Below, piece by piece: positions 1-15,047 of a DNA stretch of 64,000 bases; position 1 is the first letter of the stretch, and every line of letters starts with the position of its first letter. This DNA comes from Eledone cirrhosa (Eukaryota). Below the pieces are notes generated by a model. It saw nothing but the letters and a program-made list of their open reading frames with translations. It ran no database searches and had not been told where the DNA came from. A program made the translations under genes and the position numbers. The stretch covers positions 54,498,001 through 54,562,000 of the forward strand of contig OZ024741.1 of assembly GCA_964016885.1 (NCBI GenBank), in the 5' to 3' direction.

Positions 1-728
1 CGTTCGTGATGTACCCTCTTTTAGCACTGTTAGGGAGGGCAGACTTGTAGTGGACGAACAAGTCCCTGCAGGCTGCCTTGCGGTAGAAGTTGGTGTGGAT
101 CCCTCCCTGCACCGTGATGTTGATTCGGCAGTCGAGGAGGGCAAGGGATCCGTCGTCGCTGGGGTGTTCAACACTGAAATCAATATTCTCGTCCGTGTTG
201 TTGAACATCTCATAAATTCCGTTCGCCATCTCCTGGGAAGATGTGAGGATGAGGATGTCGTCCACGTGCCTTGAGAAAAAGGCGACGGTGTTGGGGTGGC
301 AGGTGTTGAGTGCCTTGCGCTCGAGGCTGTCCATGTATGAGATTGCTAACACACCCGACAGGCTTGAGCCCATGGGCATCCCCGAGGTTTGCCGTTCGAG
401 AAAACCGAAATACGTGTTGTCAACGACGACGGATAGGAGCTGGTGGATGTCAGTGGGGGTGAGACCGAAGCAGTGTAGGTCTGTAGATTGAACGCGTTCC
501 ATCAGTATATCAACGACCGCTGGGATCGAGGTGTAAAGAGAGACGACATCAAGGCTGAAGGCATATCTGTTAGCCTTTCTGGTGTCGGGATCCATTTGAT
601 TCAGGCGCTCCAACACTTCCTCGGGGCTATTTATGTGTCCTGGCAAGGTGTCTAGTATGGGTTTGAGTATTCTGGCTAGGAGCCATGAAATTGTGTAGAG
701 CGGTCCTTCCACGCTCGATACAATAGGT
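1..728 (-). mobile_element. Penelope-like element reverse transcriptase fragment (degenerate, runs off window start)
   Basis: Minus-strand translation gives PLE RT motifs FSLDVVSLYTSIP (~560-525), GMPMGSSLSGVLAI (~385-340) and RHVDDILIL (~270-245). Confidence 0.8.
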
Positions 729-1090
729 TGATGCGTGTGTATGTATATGTGTATATGTGGGAGCACGTCAGTGCGTGCGTATATGTGTGCATGTGTATGT
801 GGTTATGTATATATGCATGTGTTTTTGTTTTTGAGTGCATAAGTGTATGTGTCAATGTGTGTTCTTGTATGTGCGTGTGTGTGTACGTTTTATGTGTATG
901 TTTGTGTGTGTATGTGTATACGCGTGTGTTTGTACGAATGTGTGCATATGTGCTTGTGTTTGTGTGCGTGTGTGTGTGTGTGAATGCAGTGTCTTATGCG
1001 CAACTGCCTGTGTATGTGTGCCTGTGTGTATGTTTGTGTGTGCCTCTGTGTGTGTGTGTGTGTGTGTCTGTGTGTATGTGTATGAGTTTC
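729..1090. repeat. Degenerate (TG)n/(TGTA)n microsatellite
   Basis: Direct reading; explains the VCVC/THTH ORFs. Confidence 0.95.
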
Positions 1091-1999
1091 ATATAGATAT
1101 ATTCTACAAGTTATCAATCAGTACTGTTATTGAATGAGTGTTGCGTGAATATAAACTATATAGACTAACGGTTGTCTTTGTCTGAACAACAGAAAAAGAA
1201 TTACGACTAGGAAATTTATGTAAGTTTTCTAAGACGACTAATTGACAGAGTCGTTAGCGAGCAGTACAACGCGTTTTCCGGTAATTGTTCTAATTCACTA
1301 TGCTCTGATTTCGAATCCCGCTGTGGTCAATATTTATTTTTATCCTTTTCAAGGTCGATAAAATAAATTACTAGTCCTGAATGATAGACCGATGGCAATG
1401 TACCCCATGGGATTTGTTTCACCTCTCACCTCTAAGAATTTAAATACTATCGTTATCAACGTTGGCTTCGATCCTCTCAGAGTCGATAAACTAAAGTACC
1501 AGCCTCGAGTGATAGATCAACGAGGTAGTCTCTTATGGAATTTAAACCTCACCGCAGAAGGAAAAGTGACTTGATTAGAAGGGAGAGAGAAGTGCCAGGA
1601 GTTGGTGGACGACTACCACAGGTGAAAAATTAGGAGCATGCGATTGGAGGTTGGTAGCTCAGAGTTTGATGGTCGTTCATTTAAGGAGCTCTAGATATTA
1701 CAACGAGCAGGCAGGAGAGCCGTGCAAAATTATGCGGAAGCATCAGGTAGGACATCTAGGTAGCTATGGTTGAAGAGAAGTGATCAATGTGGTCAGTATC
1801 ATGTATGCCCCTTGTACACAGATTGTGGAAGATAGTGTATGTTGTAAAACGCGAAACAGCCAGTAACACCTGTATACAACAAAAGGGGTGTATCCAAAGT
1901 GTTTCTTTCATGAATGTTTGAAAGATAACTGATTAGTAGACAAGAAAAAAATATTTGGGGTTTTATAAATCATTCTATTTTGCACAGGCAAAGTGAAGT

Positions 2000-3830
2000 T
2001 CGTTGGTTGGATGTGTGGGTCAATGAACGGTTGTATTGTCTGTTGGTTGGAGGGAGGCATGTTTGGCTGGTTGGATATATGGATGGATGGTTGACTGGTT
2101 AGCTGGATGGTTTGTTGGATGGTTAGCTGGTTAGAGGATTGAATAAATGGTTGGATGGTTAGCGTTTGGCTGATTAGCTGGTGGCGCAGTGAGGTGGATG
2201 GTTAGATGGTTGGATGTTTAACGTTTGGCTGGTTAGCTGATTGGACAGTTGGGTGGATGGTTGGATGGTTAACGTTTGGCTGGTTAGCTGATTGGACAGT
2301 TGGGTGGATGGTTGGATGGTTAACGTTTGGCTGGTTAGCTGATTGGACAGTTGGGTGGATGGTTGGATGGTTAACGTTTGGCTGGTTAGCTGATTGGACT
2401 GTTGGGTGGATGGTTGGATGGTTAGCTGGTTCTATAGTTGAATTTCTTGGAGGATTAGATTTGTTGGATGGTTGTGGGTGTTGGATAGTTAGTTGGCTTG
2501 TTCGTTGGTGGATGGTTGGATAGTTAGCTGATTGGGTGTTTGGATGGTTGGATGGTTGGATGGTTGGATGGTTGGATGGTTGGATGTTTGGCTGGTTCGA
2601 TGGTTGGTTGGTTGGTTGGATGGTTCGATGGCTGGATGGTGTGTGGGCTGGATAATTAGTTGGATTTTGGGAGGATTGAATAGTTGGCTGGTTGGCTGGT
2701 TGGATGGTTCGATGGTCGGCTGGCTGGTTGTTTGTTTGGATGGTTAGCTGGTTGGGTGTATGGATGGTTGGATGATGGAATGGATCGATGGTTGGTTAGC
2801 TGGTTGACTGGTTGGATTGTTAGATGTTTGGATGGTTGGATGGTTGTTGTTTGGATGGTTGGATGATGGAATGGATTGATGGTTGGCTGGTTGGATAGTT
2901 GGATGGTTGGATAGTTGGATGGTTGGATGGCTGAATGGTTGGATGGTTGGATGGTTGGATGGTTGGGTGATTGGCTGGTTGGATGGTTGGATGGTTGGAT
3001 GGTTGGATAGTTGGATGGTTGGATAGTTGGATGGTTGGATGGCTGAATGGTTGGATGGTTGGATGGTTGACTGGTTGGATAGTTGGATAGTTGGCTGGTT
3101 GGATGGTTGGATGGTTGGATGGTTGGATGGTTCGATAGTTGGATAGTTGGATGGTTGGATGGTTGGATGGTTGGATGGTTGGATAGTTGGATGGTTGGAT
3201 AGTTGGATGGTTGGATGGTTGGGTGGTTGGCTGGTTGGATGGTTGACTGGTTGGATAGTTGGATAGTTGGATGGTTGGATGGTTGGATGGCTGAATGGTT
3301 GGATGGTTGGATGGTTGACTGGTTGGATAGTTGGATAGTTGGATATTGGGCTGGTTGGATGGTTGGGTGGTTGGATGGTTGGATGGTTGGATAGTTGGAT
3401 GGTTGGATAGTTGGATGGTTGGATGGCTGAATGGTTGGATGGTTGGATGGTTGACTGGTTGGATAGTTGGATGGTTGGATGGTTGGATGGTTGGATGGTT
3501 GGATGGCTGAATGGTTGGATGGTTGGATGGTTGACTGGTTGGATAGTTGGATAGTTGGATGGTTGGATGGTTGGGTGGTTGGATAGTTGGATGGTTCGAT
3601 AGTTGGATAGTTGGATGGTTGGATGGTTGGATGGTTGGATGGTTGGATGGTTGGATAGTTGGATGGTTGGATAGTTGGATGGTTGGATGGTTGGGTGGTT
3701 GGCTGGTTGGATGGTTGACTGGTTGGATAGTTGGATAGTTGGATGGTTGGATGGCTGAATGGTTGGATGGTGGGATGATTGGATGGTTGAATGGTTGGAT
3801 GGTTGATGGTTGGATGGTTGGATGGTTAGG
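2000..3830. repeat. (GGATGGTT)n-type satellite, including four ~51-bp units at ~2206-2420
   Basis: Octamer GGATGGTT/GGATAGTT periodicity; source of the spurious 428-aa [11 protein letters not shown]. Confidence 0.95.
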
Positions 3831-3909
3831 CAGTTTACTGGTTGGAGGTTGGTGGTAGCATCTGGCTTCTTGGAAAAAGGAAGCAATATGGGGTCATTAG
3901 AGGTTTCGC

Positions 3910-3982
3910 AAGAAGAAGAAGAAGAAGAAGAAGAAGAAGAAGAAGGGGGAGGAGGAAGAAGAAAGAGGAGGAGGAGGAAGAG
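3910..3982. repeat. (GAA)n/(GGA)n microsatellite
   Basis: Direct reading. Confidence 0.95.
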
Positions 3983-5094
3983 AAATATTGGAATGAGTTC
4001 TGGATTGTAGCATATCACACTCCAATTCAATTCGTCATTTCACATTTCACACAATAGCCATTTGTCCCCAACAAATAATCCATTGTCCACAGTTGTTATT
4101 TGTGTTGTGTTTTTATTCATTTTTGTTCCTGTATTGTTGTTGTTGTTGTTGTTTAAGTTTCATTGTTGTTGTTGTTGATATTGTTATTTTTTAATTATCT
4201 CAGTTTAATTTTGATTCTCATCGCCTTTTGTTTTGTTGTATTTTAATATTATTATTTCTTTATGTGACAATGGTGAAGAATTGTTCATGTCCATCATTAT
4301 TCTTTGTTTTTGCTAAAGAATTTTTTTTTTTCATCATTTATTTTATTCCTAAAATGTTTCTCATTTACCAACTCCCCCTCCTACTTCCACATCCACATTT
4401 TCCAGCCACTTGTTGTTGTTTGTTGTTTTTTTTGTTCGTTTGTTGTTGCTTTTTAATTTTGCTTTTGTCTTCCTCTATTGTTGTAAAACGACAATAAATC
4501 TAAAAAACTAAAGAGATTTTTTGTTTTGTTTTCCATACAAAGCAGATTAATAGATTCACCTACAGTGGTCTAGAATGGGTAGAGCGCCGGATTAATTGAC
4601 TTGCATATTGTTGCACTTGTTCTTTTAGTTTTTGTTATTACCATTGTTGTTGCTACAACTGTTATTGTTGTTGTTACTGCAGTTGCTACTGTTGCTGTTG
4701 TTGTTTAACCATAGGTCAGCTGTAATATAGCAAACTTATGACTAATCCTATTTCAGTCATGACAGACCCATCTTCTTATTAGCTATCAATGGATTAGATC
4801 GTCGAATGCATTATTTTCCTTATTTACGAAAACAATGTTCTTTGCCGGGGGAATTTGCTGTAATTTCTAGCAAGTCAAATTTTTCAACAGAGTGGCTCCA
4901 ATTGCCATTCGCAATCATACTTAGATCAAATTTGGCTTTTGGTTCAATCTTTCCGGGAACAATGGAAACAAAATAATGGCGTCGAATAATATAAACTAAT
5001 CAACCATCCATCATCCTCACCCACTCCCAGAAAAAATATATTCATGGTCCCCACACCGAAGTCAAAACGTCAAAGAAATATATTTGTTTTGGCA

Positions 5095-5390
5095 CTTTAC
5101 TTTCTGAGTTCAAATCCCGTTGAGTTCCACTTTGCTTTTCATCCTCTTGGGGCCCATAAATAAAGTAGCAATCAAGTATTGGAGTTAATATAATCGACTT
5201 TCTCTTCCCCAAAACATTGATGGCTTTGTGCCAAATTTAGAAACTATTATATTGGAAATATTAATTATGAAAGTGTAGGATTGACACAATCGTTAAAGAA
5301 CTGGATAAATGCTTTGATGTATTTTACAGCCCTTTATGTTCGGAGTTCAAATCCCGCTGAGGTTAGTTTTGACTTTCATCCTGACCAGCA
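5095..5390 (+). mobile_element. Two decayed copies of a dispersed SINE-like repeat
   Basis: Motif GAGTTCAAATCCCG...CTTTGCTTTTCATCCT recurs here and at ~1300-1380 (+), ~5700-5830 (-), 16185-16357 (-), ~16770-16830 (+) and ~23560-23630 (+); B-box-like GTTCAAATCC. Confidence 0.65.
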
Positions 5391-6439
5391 TATTTTATTA
5401 GTGAAAGTTAATTGGCTTCTCCACCTCACTTTTGCTTCACTACCTTGAAAACTATGTTAGTTACATGTATTGAAATTGCTTAATAAAATAGATTTTAAAA
5501 TTAGAAAAGTTTTTATTTTTAAGTATGTATGTATGGACTTGTAATTTCTGGTGGTGCCGTAGGGGCGCCGTAGTAACATACGTATTTTAATCCTGGGAAT
5601 TTCAAACCTAGCGGAGCCCATCCTTTTCCAAGTCTGGACGCAGTCCATTACTGCCAGAGAAGAAGAGAGAGAAGATATAAAGGGTGAATCAACTCCAGCA
5701 CGGGACTATTACTTTCTTTTATCGACGTCGAAAGGATGAACGGTAAAGTGGATCTCGGTTGGGTTTAACCTGAGAAAGCTGGAACAAATACCGCATGTAA
5801 TTCTATCCGGCATTTTAACAACTAAGCCAATTCGCCACGTATATTTTTTAAGTACACGTTTTTTTAATGTTGTAAAAGTTTGTGTTTGATCCAATTCTCT
5901 CATTGCTGTTTGTTTTTTAGTACAATTTTAAAGTAATTATTTTTTCCTCTGTTCAAGATTGCCTAAGCGTATTTTCGTAATCCAAGTCATATCAATTCTA
6001 GTAAATTCATTTACTGTGCAAAGCTGCGTCTCTAGCTTTTTAATATCTGCCACGTACAAAGTGATACATTCCGTTTACAAAATATGAGATTAGTATCGGA
6101 GTCGTGTTTTGCTTAAGGAGTTTAGCTGCAGCCAGAAAAGAAATGATGGGATTGCATAACTTTAAAATATTCCTCTGCGTCGGTATGATTTATTATTTGC
6201 TCTATATCTGCAAATTTGCTTCCCATGTACTCAACACGTTTTTTGCCAATGATGTGTAAATATCTAAATAAATAGCTAGCTCTATATATGTAAAAATGTA
6301 CGTCTTCGTGGGCCGAGGATAAGTGAACTACCTAATTCCAATGAGAGTCAAAATCGATGTGAATTAAACACCGTTATTTGGTACACTAAGAATACCATTC
6401 GAAAGACATGTCGGTGTATTTATATACACATCTATACAG

Positions 6440-6620
6440 TTTATGGTTAGGTTAGGGTTAAGGTTAGGATTATGACTGAGATTAGGGACAGGGTTACGAT
6501 AGAGTCAGGGTTAAGGATAGGGTTAATGTTAGGTTTAGAAATAAGGTGAGGATGAATAAGGTGAAGCTTAGAGTTAAGGTTAGAATAGGGTTAAAACTAG
6601 GATAGGGTTAGGGTTAATGT
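6440..6620. repeat. Degenerate (GGGTTA)n-like interstitial repeat
   Basis: Runs of ggttag/gggtta variants. Confidence 0.7.
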
Positions 6621-6891
6621 TAACTTCCCTCATTGCTAATGTTTTCAGTATCCACGTTTGGGGAAGACTCAACATTTTTCTTTTAGTCAATAACTTCAAT
6701 GCTCAGGCACACAATCTTGTATATTCTTAGATTGTGAATTTTGTGATGATTAACGGTTTCTAGCAACATACGATCCTTTGAAAGATCTCCCCTTTTCTGT
6801 TTTATTTTAGGTGTTCATTCTTCTTTTCTCCGTTATATTATTGTACTTAAGGATCTATAAATTGTAAAAAGGTGCGGTATGATTTTGTTGT

Positions 6892-7005
<114 letters not shown>

Positions 7006-7592
7006 CATGTATACATATGCAAAAGTGTCCATATGGCACCGGCTTCAAACTCAATTTCCGTTTTCGATATTCCACACATAACGACATTTGTTCTTGTAAT
7101 AATATGATAGAAAGAAGATACTTGTTCAAGGTACCGCGTAGGGGGATCAAACTCGTTACTAGCAAGTTGAAAATGTTACTCCTTAACGACAAAGTTATGC
7201 ATGCGTCTAATCGTTTTGTTATAAACAAATTGTAACTGTAGCGCATGGCAAACATCTATATATGACTAAGCTGACTCTGAAATGGTTCGTGGGTGCTTAT
7301 CCAACACACACACATATACACATACACACACAGGGTAACAACAGTAAGGTTCTCTATACGTTAGTAGAGTGTAAAACCAAATTTAATATAGAAATGGCTT
7401 TTACAGGACAAGAACTGTTTCGTTCGAAGGAAATCAGGAAAGCTTTCCCAGTGATTTCTTTCGAATGAAACTGTTCTACACCTGTAGAAGCCATTTCTTT
7501 ATTAAATTTGTTATATATATATATATATATAAATTTAATCTGAGTTTATATATATATATATATAATATGAGTTCATATATATATAATATGAG

Positions 7593-7703
<111 letters not shown>

Positions 7704-7750
7704 GTGTGTGTGTGGGTGTGGGTGTGTGTGGGTGTGGGTGTGCGTGCGTG

Positions 7751-7782
<32 letters not shown>

Positions 7783-9239
7783 TGTGTGTGTGTTTATATA
7801 TAAATTGAAAATGGCCTGTACAAGTTTCGTCGTTTCTTGAACAAAATTGTTAGATGGAATATGTGATACTTTAATGCACAATTAGCCGTTTTCAATGAAT
7901 GCCTAAATTCAATTAAGGAAACTGAAATTAACTGAACATATTTTTCCTTTTTAATTACATCGAATACAAGATGGAAGATAGCAGTGTGTGTAGCCAGAGA
8001 GCGTAGGGGTGCATGGAATAGCATATGTTCTCAGTAATTATTTTACTTCGTTCCTGTCATTCTCTGTTCAGATCTCACCAATTTTACAAACATGGCCGTA
8101 TGTTCTAGCCGTTCAGTTTAGAAAAAATCAGGTGATTCTGGATTTTATCTAAACTTCACAACTGAAGCAAGTCACATCCAGTGATAGCCTAACTTCAGCC
8201 CAAGGCCTTGTGAGTAAAATAGATAGCCGGAAAAAGGGTGAAACCTTGTCGGATAGATTGTATCTATTTTCGAGTCCTATTCTTAAGTTTCAGTTAACAT
8301 GTTTTGTTAATATTCGTGATTAATCCTGTTTAAATTTTTTTTTTTAATTGTTTGTATTTGTTTTGTTTTTTTTTCTTTTTGTATGTGTTTTTCTGTAATT
8401 TATACGTCATTATTTTAACACTGTCTGGGATTTTTTGTGGGTTGAGTAATTATTTCTAATAAATGTTCCTAGCCTTCTTCGTATATTCAGTGCGTCATTT
8501 TTTGTTTCTGTCGTGTTCAGTAATTTATTGTCGCATTATATCTTGAATATTTTGAAAGCAAGTGTCTAGTACAGTTGCACTGGTTAAATGTATCATCTCA
8601 ATATATCTTACTTCATTGTGCCTAGGGAGTTAGATGTGATTTGTATCAGCTTTCTATTTTTACAGTAAAAATGGTTCTTGCCACAATGGCGGTAGTTGTA
8701 GCTCAGTTTTAAAATTGTGAAACGATATTAAAAATAACAATGTATAATTATAACAAACACAGATTCCAACATAAATACAACGGAAAATTCAGAGAGAAGT
8801 GATGAAAACCTAAATTTAAATGGACAAAAAAAAAAGGGAAATATAGAAGACAGCTCTTTCAAAATGTCATTTTTCCCAAATGTTGTGTTTCATAGGTAGT
8901 TCCTCGTTATGAGCCATGTTCAGGGAAAGAATGAAGTGTTGAGGTATGTGTCAAGAAAAGCATCGCTTCCTTGCCCAGCAAATTCGTGAAAAAGCGCGAT
9001 AAATTTTACGTGACATATTGTTGCTGTTGTTATATAGCTGATGCTATTGTTTTGTTGTTGTCGTTGCTGTTTAACCACAGCCAGACCTACAATCTATACC
9101 GGGCATCATCATTCCGTCTTTTATTCAGACTTAGCGCATGTACGAAAGAATATATTATCATGTGTTATTTATTGTTGTTTAACCACAGCTCAGCCTTGAT
9201 CCAGTAAACATGAAGTCAAATATATTCCAGCCACGCGCA

Positions 9240-11100
9240 TCCTGTCATTTAATCAGTCATATTAATTATCATATTCCCGCCAGCCATGATACCGCTTACA
9301 ACCCGTCTATGAATGTCAATACTGTCCATGAAGATTATGAACAGTATAGATGACAGTATGTACCCTTGTAGGAGTCCACACACCCATATTCAATGGTGTC
9401 GACCATTTATGTGAACACAAATACTAGGACTCTCATATAGAAATATCAGCGCAACAAAAAGCTGACGATAGATCCTTCCACAACAGGTTCCATGCCTTTT
9501 CGAGATTTATAAAACAAGCATACACGTCTTGGCGATACTCCCACAATTTTTCAAAGACCTGACGCAGTGTGAATATTTTGTCGGCAGTGCTGCCTCCGGG
9601 GCGAAATACACACTGCTCGTTAGCTTCCTTGGACTCGAGAATATTCATAAATCTCTTTCCCAGACACCTAGCATAATTTTACCGGAGAGGTTTAACAAGA
9701 TCCCTCTATAATTGGAGTAATCTCCCTTGTCTCACTTTTGAAAAATTGAGATTATCACTCCTGCTTGTCATTGCTTAAGTGACTTTCCAGAGATCCTGGC
9801 TACCTTGGCATACTTGAGTCAGCCAGAGAATACGTTCTCTATTTGAGGCTTTTAACATCTCAGCCAGAATGTCATCTTTAACAGAAGCTTTGTTACATTT
9901 GAGCTCCTTAATTCTTCTGGTGACCTCAACCTCCGAGAAGTTAGGTATTGCTTCCAGATGCACCACGTGTACTTCAGAATATGCTGTTGTAACCAGGGTT
10001 CGGTGGTCAGCAAAGTATTTTCTCCACCTCGCGAGGATGCACCTCTTTGGAGAGAGGCGAACCTCTATCAATATCCTCAGTTTTCTCAGTGAGTTCTCTA
10101 AATTTGGATGCAACAGTATCGGCATACCTGTTCCTGACTCCCGTACCTGCTAATGTTTCTCAATTTATCTTACAGTTCGACCTGGACCTGCACGTTTTGA
10201 GTGCTTTGGCTTTAGGTAGTCTCTAGTTGCAGATAAATATATGGTAATGAGTTGACAGCTCAACCATTCTCTTAACACGAATATACAGCACAGAATGGAA
10301 GAGATCAGAAACAATAACGAAATCAAGTATTGATCTTTGTCCCGATTCCTTTATACAATGCGTAATTATGGATGTCTTTGTACTGGATTAAGATTACTAA
10401 AACATAAGTTTAATAAGGCCACTCCATTCATATTCATATCGGGATCGCCATTACTTCCAATCACACCGTTTCCACGTCAGGTAGCCAGTGGCAACATGTG
10501 CATCGAAGTCTCCTATTAGAATATATGACATCAAACGCTGCAGTGACTCCATCAAGGAAGGATCTGCATTCGAAGTATCTGTTTGGAGCATACACTTGCA
10601 CCACCTACAGAGACATTTCTTTCAGCTTAATCGTCAAGGTGAATTCTCTCTCTCAATGGGATTCAGTCCATAACACATTCTGGCAGCCGAGGTATTGTGA
10701 CTATCTTCACTCCCGTCTGTTCAGTCAGTTTTGGACTTCACCGACTGAAAATAGTGGAGTTTCCATCCTCCATCCAAATCTACAATACTAGAGCCTTGAA
10801 ACTTCGTTGAGGCAACCCCAACTATATCTAGTCGATAGTATCAGCCCTGCTTCACTGGTTCCTGGTCATTTCATGTAAGGTCTGTAACGTTCCAGTTACC
10901 AATGTACAAGGTTTGTTCCCTTCCGGAGTCTCAGGTTACGTAACTTTTGTGCATCCATTCAGCGCCTCCTAGGACAGGTCGCAGGTCTGGATGGAGACTG
11001 TACAATATCTTTCGAACAGACCCCTTTTCCTAAGAGCCGAATACGTCCATTATTATCCCACGCAAAGGACGATGCGGTATGAATTTCTTTATTGTTTCCA
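9240..11100 (-). mobile_element. Degenerate RTE-clade LINE (APE endonuclease + RT fragments)
   Basis: RT piece QCVFRPGGSTADKIFTLRQVFEKLWEY..ACFINLEKA (9433-9648); ARWRKYF and IKELKCNKA..DDILAEMLK (9775-10125); APE-like GDFDAHVA (~10515-10490); many stops and frameshifts. Confidence 0.8.
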
Positions 11101-11279
11101 GCGATATTGCAGTGTTTTGATACTCCTGTTTGCGCCAGTCTTGGATTTGTGAGTTCAATGAACTGAAATTTGAGTAAACAGAAATATATTTGTTTCATAT
11201 TGGATGGAATATTCCTTTAAATTTTCCGTTATTAATACACACACACACGCACACATATATATATATATATATTTATATA

Positions 11280-11334
<55 letters not shown>

Positions 11335-12330
11335 GCCTACAACCAAAGAGACAGAGTCAGAGTATACGAAGGAGCCATGGAGAAGTATAAGACCCTCATA
11401 GAACTGGACATGAAAGTAATTTGCCCATTATACAGGAGCAAATCATGGAATAGCTTAGATAGGGATAGACATAAGATAGGGAAAGCCGCCTCATGGTACG
11501 ACAACCAGAGATACCAGAGTGTCATGTTTGCGGACGCTACCCCTGGAGGGAAATTAGCTAACGAGTGTAAAAACGCCCCGAGAAAGACCCACTTAGAAAT
11601 TAAGGTGGTAGAAAAGACAGGAACCACCACAAAATCTCTGATCAGCAAAACCTACCCTTTTAAGAAAACCCACTGTACCAATAGGAAATGTATCATATGT
11701 AAGGTAAACCCCGGATAAACTGTAAAACTAGAAACGTAGTCTATAGCATAAGATGTACAGAAGGTACCTGCAGAAACATGACAGCAACATACATAAGTGA
11801 GACAGATGGTAGCATAGGTGAAAGGATAGACCAACACTGGGGGAACTAAAAGGACGAAAAAACGGGTCAGTACTATACGAACATGCCAGACAACAACATG
11901 ACGGTAACATAGACAACATAGAAATTAGAATAATATCTAAACATAGAAATGACCCAGCAGATAGGCAAATCAGAGAGGCCAGTGAAATAGAACTTAGAAT
12001 ACCAAGACTAAACAGAAAGAATGAATGGAATAACAACACCCAAACAAACAACACTGACCTAAGAGAAGTATAAATAAGTAAATAAAATAAAATAAAATAA
12101 ATAAATAAATAAATAAATACATACACAAGCACAATAACAACAAACACATAAACACACATTAGTCACCCAATCACGAACACGCATCACACATCAAACAAAA
12201 CACTATACACACACGCAAACGCATGCACGAAGAAGACAAAATAAAATAAACAAACAAGCAAATAAATAAATAAATATATAGACAGACTGAATAAAAATGG
12301 CGTAGCCATACAATTCAACAGGAGGAAACA

Positions 12331-12384
12331 ATAGCACCACTGACGATGTTGCAGATGTGCAACGAAAGATTTATGATAAACTAT
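12331..12384 (+). ncRNA. Minimal type I hammerhead ribozyme in PLE terminal repeat
   Basis: CTGACGA (12340) - stem II GTTGCA/TGCAAC - GAAA (12364) - near-palindromic short stem III - TTA; stem I weak. Confidence 0.6.
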
Positions 12385-14802
12385 ATATATGTGTTTGTGT
12401 CTATATTGTATCTGTATTATTCATGACCGTCGGTCAGTCAATGGCAACATTGAGGACCGAGTATATTAGATTTGCCTATCTGCTGGGTCATTTCTATGTT
12501 TAGATATTATTCTAATTTCTATGTTGTCTATGTTACCGTCATGTTGTTGTCTAGCATGTTCGTATAGTACTGACCCGTTTTTTCGTCCTTTTAGTTCCCC
12601 CCAGTGTTGGTCTATCCTTTTACCTATGCTACGAGCTGTCTCACCTATGTATGTTGTTGTCATGTTTCTGCAAGTACCCTCTGTACATCTTATGCTATAG
12701 ACTACGTTTCTAGTTTTACAGTTTATCCGGGGGTTCACCTTACATATGATACATTTCCTATTGGTACAGTGGGTTTTCTTAAAAGGGTAGGTTTTGCTGA
12801 TCAGGGATTTTATGGTGGTTCCTGGCTTTTCTACCACCTTTATTTTTAAGTGGGTCTTTCCCAGGGCCTTTCTACACTGGTTAGCTAATTTCCCTCCAGG
12901 GGTGGCGTCCACAAACATGACACTCTGGTATCTCTGGTTGTCGTACCATGAGGTGGCTTTCCCTATCTTATGTCTAGCCCTATCTAAGCTATTCCATGAT
13001 TTGCTCCTGTATAATGGGCAAATTCCTTTCATGTCCAGTTCTATGAGGGTCTTATACTTTTCCATGGCTCCTTCGTATACTCTGACTGTCTCTTTGGTTG
13101 TAGCCAGAGAACTGCATGCGGTTGATGAAGTGTTGGATGTGTCTTTCCATTTCTGTTGGGTCGCACATGCGGGACGCATTCTTCATCACTCGTACCAAAT
13201 CTGCGATCAGAATATTAAACTTAGCACTACTGGACATTGCTGAGTTTTTCAGTATCAGGTATTTGGAGGCCATGGGTTTAGCATAGTGTGAGTGGAGAAT
13301 TTGGGCTTTCTCGTCTATAGTGTTAATCCAGAGTTCTGTGTCTAATACAGGTAGTCTATTGTTAGGGTGTTTGGAAGGGAAGTCGGTAGTTACAGTTATA
13401 CTCTGGTGTATGGAATTAGCTATCTGCTGGATGCTTTCCATCGTGCTACGTTCTAAATCAAACTTGTTAGTGCTCTCTAGTGGGGGTGTTCTTATAACTA
13501 TGTTGATATCGTCTACATAACGAGAGTACATGATGAGGTCCATGGAGCTTTCATTAAGGAGATCTTTAAGTCTCCTTTCCCACCATACCATGAAAAGGTT
13601 GGCAACATCACCAGCTATGCTGACGCCGATGGCTGCTCCCTCATTTTGGGTGTAGATTTTCTCATTGAACTTAAATATGTGGCCCTTTAGGGTAGTTTTG
13701 ATACTAGCCCCTATTGCATGTGCGACCATTTATCTTACCTGATCATTGTTTTGGGGGGTCCGTATAGCTTTGGTCCACCCAATCCACCTTCCCATGGGAG
13801 TCTTTTTCATCAACCGCATGCAGTTCTCTGGCTACAACCAAAGAGACAGAGTCAGAGTATACGAAGGAGCCATGGAAAAGTATAAGAAACTCATAGAACT
13901 GGACATGAAAGGAATTTGCCCATTATACAGGAGCAAATCATGGAATAGCTTAGATAGCGTTAGACATAAGATAGGGAAAGCCACCTCATGGTACGACAAC
14001 CAGAGATACCAGAGTGTCATGTTTGTGGACGCCACCCCTGGAGGGAAATTAGCTAACCAGTGTAGAAAGGCTCTGAGAAAGACCCACTTAAAAATAAAGG
14101 TGGTAGAAAAGCCAGGAACCACCATAAAATCCCTGATCAGCAAAACCTACCCTTTTAAGAAAACCCACTCTACCAATAGGAAATGTATCATATGTAAGGT
14201 GAACCCCGGATAAACTGTAAAACTAGAAACGTAGTCTATAGCATAAGATGTACAGAGGGTACTTGCAGAAACATGACAACAACATACATAGGTGAGACAG
14301 CTCGTAGCATAGGTGAAAGGATAGACCAACACAGGGGGGAACTAAAAGGACGAAAAAACGGGTCAGTACTATACGAAAATGCTAGACAACAACATGACGG
14401 TAACATAGACAACATAGAAATTAGAATAATATCTAAATATAGAAATGACCCAGCAGATAGGCAAATCAGAGAGGCCAGTGAAATAGAAATTAGAAGACCA
14501 AAGCTAAACAGAAAGAATGAATGGAATAACAACAACACCCAAACAAACAACACTGACCTAAGAGAAGTATAAATAAGTAAATAAAATAAGATAAATAAAT
14601 ATAAATACATACACAAGCACAATAACAACAAGCACATAAACACACACTAGTCACCCATCACACAGCAAACATAACACTATACACACACGCAAACGCATGC
14701 GCAAAGAAGACAAAATAAAATAAACAAACAAGCAAATAAATAAATAAATATATAGACAGACTGAATACAAATGGCGTAGACATACAACACAACAGGAGGA
14801 AA

Positions 14803-14860
14803 ATATAACAACACTGACGATGTTGCAGATGTGCAGCGAAAGATTTATGATAAACTATAT
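14803..14860 (+). ncRNA. Minimal type I hammerhead ribozyme (second copy)
   Basis: CTGACGA (14814), stem II GTTGCA/TGCAGC (G-U keeps pairing), GAAA (14838). Confidence 0.55.
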
Positions 14861-15047
14861 ATATGTGTCTGTGCTTATATTGTATCTGTATTATTTTTGA
14901 CCGTCGGTCAGTCAATGGCAACATTGAGGACCGAGTAAGTTAGATTACCGATATAAAAGACAGCGAGAAGCGAAAACCAACCAAACAATGAGTGTGTTCT
15001 GTTATTAATTCTGGCAATATTACACAAATATAACCCTCCCCAAGTAT

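Noticed and set aside
2744-4030. 428-aa QPSNHPTI-repeat ORF
   Set aside because: Translation of the (GGATGGTT)n satellite; no unique domain.
6440-6620. True telomere
   Set aside because: Short, degenerate and interstitial.
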